DNA from: Hormiphora californensis
Taxonomy: Eukaryota > Animalia > Ctenophora
NCBI GenBank assembly: GCA_020137815.1
Contig: CM035358.1
Coordinates: 930,001 to 994,000, forward strand
Direction: 5' to 3'
Length of the DNA: 64,000 nucleotides
Below are positions 18,142 through 29,500 of the stretch, piece after piece; position 1 is the first letter of the stretch, and each line of letters opens with the position of its first letter. Below the pieces are notes generated by a model. It saw nothing but the letters and a program-made list of their open reading frames with translations. It did not search any database and was not told the DNA's origin. The position numbers and the translations under genes were made by a program.

Positions 18142-21100
18142 ATGACGTTTGGAACAATGCCTCAGATGGCAGGTGCTCAGAGGCCCACTGTGAGCCAAGA
18201 TTTCGTGGGGGAAGCTGCCGATATCGTCTTTGTTATAGAAGACACTTCAAATATTGATGCTTACTTTAACTTCTTCAAAACCAACTACATTGAAAAGATG
18301 CTCAAGTGAGTTTACTGGATCACATTGTCTGAGGTACATACTGGTACAGGAGTAATTGCTACAGAGAGGCCCGAATGTGGGAGCCACATTTAACACCTAA
18401 TAAACTCCATCTCTCCCAGGCATTTTTGCCTCCCCAGGGGTCCCAGATGACGGGGATGTTCGGGGAAATACCAGTTCAGCAATTTGGTCTGGTTTTGTAC
18501 CGTACAAACGCGCCAGGGACAGCCGAACCCGTGACATGTTTCCCTCCCACCCACGACATAACAGTCTTTCATAACCAGATTAAAGATATGAAGTGAGTAG
18601 ATTCAGCTGCGCCACATCAAAAGAAATGGGTTTAATAAGTTCAATGTTTTGTAAAACATTTAAAATAAATTACTCATTTCTTTATGTTTACCAGGAGAGA
18701 GGGAGGTGGTAACGAGTCCAATGCTTTTGTTGTGGAGGGACTCGGTCTGGCTTTGGACGTCTTTGAGCACATGGATACGACAAGAGTCAATAAGAAGTAC
18801 GTTATTTTTCAACAAATACATTTTTAACATGAAATAATTTATAAGTTTGCTAGCATTATGTACATTTCTAAACCCCTTCCCTCCCAGGGTCAAAGTGTCC
18901 AAGATATGTCTACTGATAGGGCACAATGCTCCCTATCTAGCACCCTGTGAATACAACCTCAAGTTTTGGGGTTACTCCTGTGAAGCCCTTGCCAAGGTCA
19001 TGTCTGATCGGGACATCAAGTTGAGCGTCATGTCACCCCGCAAAAGTGAACCTCTCAAGAAGATATTCGAGGCAGTAAGTAGTCATCCTTGTTTTTTATC
19101 GTGTTTTTTTCGAGTGGCAGAAAGATTTGTTAAAGCTAATAGTAGAGGCAATAATTACACTCACCTCCTCTGATTTCTATGAAACTTCTCCCATGCTAAG
19201 AGGTGGCAATAGAGGTTCAAATACCGCTGAGTTTAAGTCTGAACAATGTTCGGTTCGTTAATTATCGCTAATTGAAAAACGCCAAAATGGCCTAAAATCG
19301 CCCTAAGTTCCGAATTGAAATTTTGGAGTTGAGACTCCAGACTTCGTGGAGATGTCCGCTAGGATGACAATATGCACCAAAATCGGACGAAAGCCTAAAT
19401 TCGTCCGAATTCGGTACGAAAAGCCGGGTAGACTGAATTTTGGTCACGTGACATGGGTCCAAAATCAGTTTTTTGCCATTTACGCCTTTCCTGTACGTCG
19501 GAGACTAAAAATATGGCCAGTACTTGTCATTTCCGTCGCTTTCTGCATCTTTTAAGCCCCCTATAAATATCCCTTACTTCAACGGTTCAGAATTGACGTC
19601 ATTTAGTCTCCTGAAAAACTCTAACTACTGAACCGTTGAAGTAAGGGATATTTATAGGGGGCTTAAAAGATGCAGAAAGCGACGGAAATGACAAGTACTG
19701 GCCATATTTTTAGTCTCCGACGTACAGGAAAGGCGTAAATGGCAAAAAACTGATTTTGGACCCATGTCACGTGACCAAAATTCAGTCTACCCGGCTTTTC
19801 GTACCGAATTCGGACGAATTTAGGCTTTCGTCCGATTTTGGTGCATATTGTCATCCTAGCGGACATCTCCACGAAGTCTGGAGTCTCAACTCCAAAATTT
19901 CAATTCGGAACTTAGGGCGATTTTAGGCCATTTTGGCGTTTTTCAATTAGCGATAATTAACGAACCGAACATTGTTCAGACTTAAACTCAGCGGTATTTG
20001 AACCTCTATTGCCACCTCTTAGCATGGGAGAAGTTTCATAGAAATCAGAGGAGGTGAGTGTAATTATTGCCTCTACTATAAACTATATGCATACTATCCA
20101 GATAACTTTTTGTGAAATCCCTGCCCTCTCTTATTTTAACACGTGTATTTTAGAGTGTCAATGATGGTGGCAGTACGAAGGATCATGGTCTGGAGAGTGG
20201 CCACATGTTGCTCGTGTCAGGATGGAGCATGCCAGTCCAAGAGGCAGCTGTTGAGGTTGCCAAGACTTCTGCAGGGGCTGCTGCTGCTGCTGCTAATTCT
20301 CCTAACTCTCCCGCTAAAAGTTAGTCCCCCTAATTAGTGATTGACATATGACTACATATCATTCTAATTAATAATTTGAATATAATTTCTTTTTACCCCC
20401 ACTCATTTCACTTTATAAACCCTTCCACTATCTAGAAAGGTCCCTGGTTACCAATTTGAATAAGTACATACATATCTTTTTTACCGCCCACTCATTTCAC
20501 TTCATAAACCCTTCCACTATCTAGAGAGGCAGAAAGTGGTAGCTGGAACAAAGGATGGACCCCCTTGGTTTGCTGGATCGCCAGCTGTAGCACAGGGCCT
20601 CGTCGATTTCAATGTTAACACTCCCTCACCAGTTAGGGATTTCACTGGTGGTGCAAATGATCAGGTAGGAACAGACAAACCTTCCAAGCCCCCGACATGA
20701 TATATATGTCCCATTCTGTCACCCCTACTAACACACTTCCCATTCCCCAGACCCTCCAAGCTCCTGATGTGCCTGGACATGGACCCCCACAGCAGCAACC
20801 ACCACCCCAGGTCCCAACGACTGGACCTGGGGGTGTTCCTCCCCATACCCTACCACACCACCTCCAGCTGGGTATGTGGACCCCAGGATGAGGCCCGCCC
20901 ACATGCAGCCACCACCCGGTATAACTAGACACTTAATTATACTAATTACACATAATTACACTTAATTACACTTAATTAGACTAATTACACAATATATAAT
21001 TATCTGCATTGATTGATTTCTCCAAATTCTGAATCTCTCAATCTAAACGATCTGAGTCTCTAAATCCTGATCCAGGCCAGATGGTGATGATGCAAGGAGG

Positions 21101-23506
21101 TCAGCCCGGTCAGATGGGCCAGATCCCACCCCACCTGCTCCACAGACAACAACAGCAGCAGGGCATGCCAGGTGGGCCCATGATGGCAGGGGCTCCCCAA
21201 CAGCAGGGTCCACCTCCCCATATGGTCCGGATGAACCTAGATCAGGTAAAGGTTAGTATATAATTGGATGTGTGGGCATGTATACTTGATTATTGGTATT
21301 ACAAGTATGTTTGACATGATTAAAGTTAAAATCTCATTTAAATCTGAACAAATATTTTCAGCAGCTTCTAGTAACAATAATTCTTGTTGCAGTTTCAGCA
21401 GCGCCAGATGCAGGAGCAGCAACAGAGACAGATGCAGATGGCCCGTCAACACGCAGCACACCAGGTTAGGGTGAGGTATATAATCAATAACCCCGGGTTT
21501 ATACAAGGTGTGCCACGGATTGTTGGTAACGGTTAGCGAGTTGTGCCGTCACACATGTAGCAGGTCACCCGCTAGGGTGATTCGCTACACCATATACTGC
21601 CCGACCTGCGAAGCAGGGGGGTGGTATAGAGTAGTAGTATAGTGAGAACAGTTGGGTCACTATATATTACTGATTACTGATCTGATAGGGTAGGGTGAGG
21701 TATATATAGGAGTAGTAGTATAGTGAGAACAGTTGGGCACACCAGGTTAGGGTGAGGTATATAGGAGTATTAGTATAGTGAGAACAGTTGGGTCACTATA
21801 TTACTGATTACTGATCTGATAGGGTAGGGTGAGGTATATAGGAGTAGTATAGTGAGGACAGTTGGGTCACTATATTACTGATTACTGATCTGATAGGTTC
21901 CACTTGAAAAAGGAACAAAGTGTCGCTGCCTATCTGACTCCTAAGTCCTAATTTTTAATGTTCTCCTCCCCATCAGCAGGCAATGGCTCAGCAACAACAG
22001 CAGGCTGCCCAACAGGCCCAACAACAAGCCCAACAAGCCCAACAACAGGCACAACAGCAAGCACAACAACAGGCCAATGCGAACACAAAGCGGCTGTTAT
22101 GGTCTGGACAGGTATGAGATTCTTAACTTAAGGAATTAGATTTTCAATCTGGCGTTGTCATCACGATAACCAAGATGAGTTTTATCACGCGTTTTTTCGT
22201 CTCCAGCTGTAATACCAAACTTTATTTAACAGAGCTATTTGCACACAGGTAGAGTTATGGGATGATAGCCGTCACGTGAGTGTTCTATCTGTTGAGACAT
22301 CCCTCCACGTGTCTGAGGGGACCATGTCCCAGGGTGCCAATACCAATATCCACCAGTGGCCCTCTTCTGTTCAGTTCATCATCATACCCAACATTGGCAT
22401 GGTATGTGGTGTTTGGAGGTGGTTGCCTATGTATAAGTACGTGGGTTGAGTCAAGGCCGCATTAGGAAGCACTGTGCGTTTATTGGGAATTCTAGGATTA
22501 TGAACTCCCAGTGCATCGTAATGTTAACTTTGTTGAACATATTGTTGTCGAACCCCTCTTTTCCTCCAGAAAGACATGGGATTGGGCCACCTCAAAAAGT
22601 GCAGCAAGATATTGCTGACATTCAACCCTAACAAGGACCCCGCACAAGAGGCTGCTAAGCAACAGGTATGATGAGATAAGGAACCATAATAAAGTTCAAG
22701 AGCCTCCAAGAGCACCCAAGAGCGTACCCGATCGAAGAGAGACCACACCTGAGAGCGCACCACACCCAAAAGAGACCACATCCAAGAGCGCACCACCTCC
22801 AGAAGACACCACTTCAAGAGCGCACCACATCAAAGAGAGCTCCCCATCCAGAAGATACCACGCGCAGGGGACACCACGCGCAGAAGAGACCAGCGCGGCG
22901 TTGTATTTGCGCGTGCGGTCTCTTCTGCGCGTGGTGTCCCCTGCGCGCGGTATCTTCTGGACGGGGAGCTCTCTTTGATGTGGTGCGCTCTTGGAGTGGT
23001 GTCTTTTGGAGGTGGTACGCTCTTGGATGGGGTGCGCTCTTGAACTTTATTATGGTTCCTTATGGGGGCCAGAGAGATGTACTATTTCCGATGTTTGCTG
23101 ACACACCTCGTTAGTCGTTACTGTGGTAACCATGGAAACGAAGTTTTGTTTAACATAGTTTTAATTCCAGATTGAGAAAATGTACGCGGATGGTTCTTCT
23201 GCGGGCCTCCTCACCGCTGTCCTGCCCAATGGGGAAAAGGAACAGAGTTTGGTGGTAAAGAGTGCTAACTTGAAGTCAATGGTTGCGATATTCCCTCAGG
23301 TAACTATGGTAACATGCTACTTTGCTTATCTTTATCTGGTTAACATGCCATTAAGTTAACACATGGTAACACATGGTAACCATGGTAACACCCTTTCTGT
23401 TTCAGATGCAGGCTAAGTTCCAAGAAGATATTGCAGTAAAATTACAGCAACACCAACAAGCAAAACAGCAACAACAAGCAGCGCAACAGGCCGCTGCCGC
23501 CGCTGC

Positions 23507-23545
<39 letters not shown>

Positions 23546-24994
23546 GCAACAACAACAGCAACAACAGCAGCAGCAACAACAACAACAACAACAAGCACAA
23601 CAACAACAGCAAGCACAACAACAACAGCAAGCACAACAACAGCAGCAGCATCAACAAAATCAGGTCTGGTATTCATTGCAATCTACAACTCCAAAGTACA
23701 TTTACAATTGTTGTTGAGACTCACACACTCTCTCTCTTCCTCTCTCTACAACCCCCTCCTTCAGGTGATGCAACAGCAACATGCACAGCAACAGCAGGGC
23801 GGTATGGCACACATGATGGGTCATCCCCACATGCAACAAGCACAGGTAACTCTACCCCTGTTACAAATAAGTTCCAATCTCTCTCGGTTTCTTGTACTTC
23901 TTACTTTGAGGATCTTTCTTACTCGTCCTCTCATAGCTCATTTTCCTAAGTAAAGACTCTCTCTGCAGCACATGATGCGAGGACCCCCTCCACAACAACA
24001 ACAACCCCAACAGCCCCAGCAGCAACAGCAACCACCCCAACAGCAACACCCGGGAATGCAGTATCAGATCCCACCCCACCAGTTCCAACAAATGCAACAG
24101 CAACAACAGAGAATGCCGGCCCAGGCTCGGTATAATCCACATATCCGAGGTGATTAGGTTGTGTTAGTTACTTGATAACTCCTCCTCCTTCTTCTGGGCT
24201 GCCTCGAATGACAATGAAGTGTTGGGAGTTAACTCATGTGCCCTAATCCCGTTTGATCCTCTGAGCTCTCACACTCTTTTTCAGGGAACGATAGTTCTAA
24301 ACCTTTATATTCTTTTAGGTCCAATGGCACCTAACCAAATGGCCCAGATGCAAGGTCAGATGGCCCCAGGACAACCCGGTATGGTGGGCCAGATGTTGGG
24401 TCAAATGGGTCCAGGGGGTCCCGGTCAACCTGGTATGCAGCAGAGGAACGATGAAATGATGATGCAGCAACAACAAATGGTAACTTTCCAAATAAAGAAT
24501 CAACAGTTTCCCGGCTTTTCTGATACTATTTGGGATTGTACGACACACATTTTACACGAATCAGTACCAATCAAATGTGAATTATTCATGGCCAACACAA
24601 AACAAAGTTCCTCAATATTCGGCTAATAATTAATTAATTAATTACATCCTACCCTCCCAACTAGATGATGTTGCAGCAGCGAGGGGGAATGTCCGTTCAG
24701 CAGCAGCATCACATGCAGCAGCAATTGCAGCACCAGCAACAGTTGCAACATCAGCAACAACTGCAACACCAGATGCAACTTCAGCAACAGCAACAGCAAC
24801 GAACAGGGCAACCACAGCCCGGTGGACCCATGGGAAATCAGGTACCTGGTACACATAGCGTTAATTAACGATTTCTAATTATAGCCATTAATCCGTATAA
24901 TTACCTAGGATAGTTCTGCCATCCACATTCCTAGATCCCTTTTTATCAAACAACTTTTTTTTTTCAGATGCAGCATGGAGGTTGGAACGGCTGA
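18142..24994 (+). CDS. MED25: Mediator subunit 25 (VWA domain, probable ACID domain, Q/P/M-rich regions), multi-exon
   Basis: Exon peptides ADIVFVIEDTSN, QFGLVLY, GGGNESNAFVVEGLGLALDVFE, KICLLIGHNAPY and IKLSVMSPRK match the MED25 VWA domain. KRLLWSGQVE resembles the start of the ACID domain. GT-AG introns; last exon 24968-24994. One apparent 1-nt indel near 18422. Confidence 0.85.
19140..20078. mobile_element. Foldback/palindromic non-autonomous DNA transposon in a MED25 intron
   Basis: 451-bp inverted arms at 19140-19590 and 19628-20078 with a 37-bp spacer. The ORF track shows an identical 69-aa ORF on both strands. TAA on both flanks. Confidence 0.9.
21625..21897. repeat. Degenerate tandem repeat in a MED25 intron, containing a copy of the upstream donor junction
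   Basis: Repeated AGTAGTATAGTGAGAACAGTTGGGTCAC and AGGGTGAGGTATATAGG. GCACACCAGGTTAGGGTGAGGTATA occurs at 21456-21480 and again at 21737-21761. Confidence 0.8.
22676..23063. mobile_element. MITE-like inverted-repeat element in a MED25 intron
   Basis: Termini ATAAGGAACCATAATAAAGTTCAAGAGC...GCTCTTGAACTTTATTATGGTTCCTTAT. Internal arms fold back around ~22905. Confidence 0.8.
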
Positions 24995-25152
24995 ACGGGA
25001 TAGAGAAAGATTTATTTTATGGCGTTTACTAATTTATTGTATAAATTTCATTCAATCAACCCACTTGACCAAGAGACCGTGTGTTTCAATTCTTCAAATT
25101 GTTTACTTTTGGATCACACATATTTCCCCTTCTTACCTAATGAATTCACAGA

Positions 25153-26348
25153 ATGAACAGGGGTATCGTTGCCTTGGTTACCGGAGGAGCCTCAGGGTTA
25201 GGTTTAGCTACCGTACGTCATGTTCTGAAAATGGGTGGTAAAGCAGTTATTGCTGATCTGCCTAGCTCAGCCGGTGCCGAACTGGCTAAGGAAATGTCTA
25301 ACGATTGCCGGTAAAAAATCGCACCTGTTTGCAATCGTTTATTTTTATAAAGGAGTAATGATATGTTTTATGAAGGAGCAATGATTTTTAAGGATTGCGT
25401 CAATATTAATAACCCCATGTTTAGTTTTGCACCTGTTGATGTAACAGACGAAGGGAGTGTACGGGATGCCATACAGCTAGCTACCACAGAGTTAGGTCCA
25501 CTAACTGCCGCTGTGAACTGCGCTGGTATTGCTACCGGAGCACTCACTTACTCTAAACGAGGTTTGTGATAAACTGCCCCCTTTCTTCTCAAACCATTCC
25601 CCCTTCGCAAACCATGCCCGACACCCGAAAGACTTCTTTGGTAACTAACACAATCTCTAACAAATGCGTTTCAGGACCTCACAGTTTGGAGGACTTCAAA
25701 AGGGTAATTGACATTAATTTGGGTGGAACGTTCAATGTGTGTCGGCTGACTGCTGAAGCTATGGCTGCCCAGGAACCCTACAATGAGAGCGGGGAACGAG
25801 GTATGACGTCACAAAGTGCTTGTAGTCACAATTCACAGTCAGATCTTCTATATTTTCTATTCGCTTACACCAAATTCGGTAATATATTCAAAACTTTTTA
25901 CTTTCTACCCAGGAGTGTTCGTGAATACTGCCAGTGTGGCTGCGTTTGAGGGCCAGAGGGGCCAGGCCGCCTATGCCGCGAGTAAGGGTGGTGTCAGGGC
26001 CCTAACTATCGTGCTGGCGAGGGATTTAGCAGCAATAGGAATTAGGACTTGCACAATTGCACCTGGGGTGATTGAGACGCCCATGATGGCGGGGATGAGG
26101 GATGATATCAAGGCTGGGTTAGCTGCCGGGGTGCCATTCCCCAAACGACTCGGTGCTCCAGGTAATTTAACAACTTCAAGAATTGTCAAGAATATCAAAG
26201 TGTTTTTTATCTCTAGCTCAAGTGGAAATGTTGTTCTTACATCTATTATTTTTCAGAGGAGTATGGAGCGTTAGCGTATCATATCATGACCAATGGCTAC
26301 CTGAACGGTGAAACCATTCGAATGGATGGGGCTCTTAGGATGAACTAA
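25153..26348 (+). CDS. HSD17B10: 3-hydroxyacyl-CoA dehydrogenase type 2 (SDR family), 5 exons
   Basis: [54 protein letters not shown] and [13 protein letters not shown]. Confidence 0.95.
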
Positions 26349-26555
26349 TATTTTGGAGCTTTAGTGTTTCGGATATGTGTTCGTCTCTCAATTGATTCGC
26401 GTGTTTTTAAGATAAGTTTTTGTAACAAAATTTTAAGAGAGTTCTTTGTAAATTCGGAAATATCAAACTTTGGGCAGTGATATCAATCTATGTCCTTTTC
26501 ATTACACTTTGCAGTATGCCACTCGCCTTGTATCCTCTTTTTTATTACAGTGTGA

Positions 26556-29500
26556 ATGAGCAATGACTTTGTGCCCCTATTCACCCATCCACCGGACCTC
26601 GCTGAACGAACCACATCCCTTATCGCACTCAGCGACACGGACATCGCCAGAGAGGCTCGAGAGGTTTTGTCAAGGTTGAACCCTGGAAAACGTCGTCGGA
26701 GAGATCATGGTGGGGAGGGCCAAGAAGAGGAGTGGGATGAAGAACTAGAGTCTGTGGTTTGTGACATCCTCTCTGAGTTCCAGAGTACAGAAAGTGTCAT
26801 TAATCTGCCTCTGTCTCAGCTCAAACAAGTGGCTGAGTCCATGGGATCCACAGTAAGTGCTGCTACACTGCTCAAAGGAATCACAACCGAGACAGAGTTG
26901 GAGAAAGTTGAATTCTTAGCTGGTCTAGTTGGTGTTTCAGCCATAGCCACTCACTTGGATACCGACGCCTTCACCTCATTAGCTGTAAAAGCGCTCCGAT
27001 CAGGAATGAATGGTCTAGTTGTCATATTCCGGTCATTCCTAATGAACCATCCATCCAATCTTGAGAGAATTCTCAGAGTGCTCCTGGACAATCCAGACCA
27101 ACCCACCGACGTTCTGGGTAGATTGACCGTGAAAACGTTTAACAACCTGGCCACTTCGATATTATTTGCCGAGTTCAAAGATTCAATCGAAGAGACTTAC
27201 CAGACAGTGGAGAGTGTTTTCACCAGTCCTAAATTCCAGCTACAGAGAACTCAACTGCAATATCATCTACCACAAGAACCTACCTTCACGGAAAGGTTTG
27301 TGACCTATCTTCGGCAAATGTTCGGAGCCAGTAAGTTACATCCTCGTTTCACCATGTTGATAATCTCGGTAATCGGCTGCGAAACCCCTCTACTTGAATT
27401 TCTATCGGAAGTCCTCAAAAAGTCCATCGCAGATCGTGATCGGTATAATTTTACCCTCTCCTTGGTTCTCTGTAGACTCTTCCACATTATGGGCACGAAA
27501 CAATACACAGACAGTTATCAGTTCTATTTTGGGCCTTCCTCCGCACATTTGACATCGACAAAATCCGTTGAGTTCGTTCTGGACGAGTTTACCCGCCTGG
27601 TTCCCTTTGAGAGCGGGATGTTCCTCAAGCACCACATACAGCTCCCCCTGCGAGGTGGAGTGAAAGTGAAAACGAAACTCGAGAATTATCTTATGCTGGC
27701 AAAGACTCGAATGAAGGACTTCAATCTGGCCGAAATTGATAAAAACGTCATACACGATGTGGAAAAGGCGTTGAAGAGCTTTAAAAAGAACCCTAATCAG
27801 ATTCCAACGGGTATCGTTGAGGCAAGCATCTTCAAAAAACAATACTACACCAATCATTTCCTTCCCTGTCTTATACACAGCACGGAAGTCTCCGACGATA
27901 CCCTTCGTCAGCGACTTGTCGAGGTATTGAAATCCGCAAAGAAGATCCCGGCTTCGGTTGTTTTGGAGAAAGAAGAAGTTATGGAGATCAGCCCTGTGGA
28001 AACTTATGAAAACTTGCTGTCTTCGCTACAAAGTTCAACCGATAACTCTGAAAAAATAAGGAACCTGATTCAGTCTCATCTTGTCTCTCAGCACTCAAAG
28101 GGACAGATAGAGCGTTTGATAACCGTTGTCTGTCTTGAATGTACCCACTTGGATTCAGTTCAATTCTTGAAACCATTCTACTCAATGCCTACCCTACAAC
28201 AAGATTTTATCGATGTCGTAACTACACTGGTTCACAATGCTTCTGGAAAGGGTAATGCTGGTAAACTGTTGAAGTTGGTGGAATTCTTTACCAGTGAAAC
28301 TGCGGAACCATTCCTTGAGAGCGTCCTGAGAGAGAACCAGGAGCTCTATTCTAACATGCCGACTACTATCGAGAATGACTTCCTTCATCTGATTCTCCTG
28401 GGGAAACTAACTGAAAACTGTAACGCATTGATACCAGCAGCAGTATGGAAACAATTGTCAGTAGAGAAACTCTGTCAGGCGTTGTCATGGTGGTCGCTAG
28501 GAGACCTGGGAGAGATAATCACCACAAAGATATTTGAGAAAGTAGTTACCTGTCAGACTCCCGGGGATGTTTATGTGACTGTCTTCAAATCAGCCATCAG
28601 TTGTCCTTCCGAACCGTTTCTCCTCCCTGTTTTGAAGGCGAATATTTCCCTTGTTACGGGGAACAAGTTGTGGATATACGAAGCGTTAGCCAAGGTCCTT
28701 CTACCGTACTACCAGACAAATGTTGAAAAACCAACGGCTCTCATTCGTCAGATATTCAGCAGATTCTTCTCCGTTGTTAATAGACTCCAGCCCTCCCTGC
28801 TGTGGAAATGTGAGAGAAAGGAGAGTTTGGAGAATCTGATCAGTGTTCTTGACAGTTACAAGATTTACCTTACTGGGGAAGACTTCCTGTTAACACTTCC
28901 AATCACCTTCGTTATTGTCAGGTAAATCCCAAAGCAGCATCGTTCAGTTGTTTAGACTTCCTAGATGCCATAGTTGTATGATTGTCCCCCTATTCTGTAT
29001 ACTGTCTCACTCAAAGTTTACCTCTGTCCAGGTCGATCCATGAAGACCAGAAGTTGCTGGCGAGTCTCTGTGAGCGTTCCCCTACACTTCTAATCAGCTG
29101 TGTTTGCTATTACTCCACTCTCGAATCGTGGGTCCAGGGCTGTCCTACCATCGCTTCTATCTACCAGTTTATTAAGGTATAGGAGTGGGAAAGAAAAAGG
29201 GAGGCCGAGGGAAGAGGAAGGATAAAGGGAGGGAGTTGGAAGGAAAGGGTTTTTTAGTTGTTGGTACTTGGCTGGGTTTGTTAAAACAAAAGAAAATTTT
29301 TCTTGATATCTTAGTAAGGTTGAAGGGTTTGCGAAGAAAAGTTATGATTTGGATGCAAATATCGATCATAGTAAGTGAGCCATGCAACAGAGAGATAGCG
29401 ACAGACAAATGTGACACAAATTATATTTTGTGAGACAAATTAATGATTAATTAATGATAATTACCTGCATGTAGAGGCTTGATCATGATTGTAGCGGTAT

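Noticed and set aside
19346-19872. Two identical 69-aa ORFs
   Set aside because: Arms of an inverted repeat.
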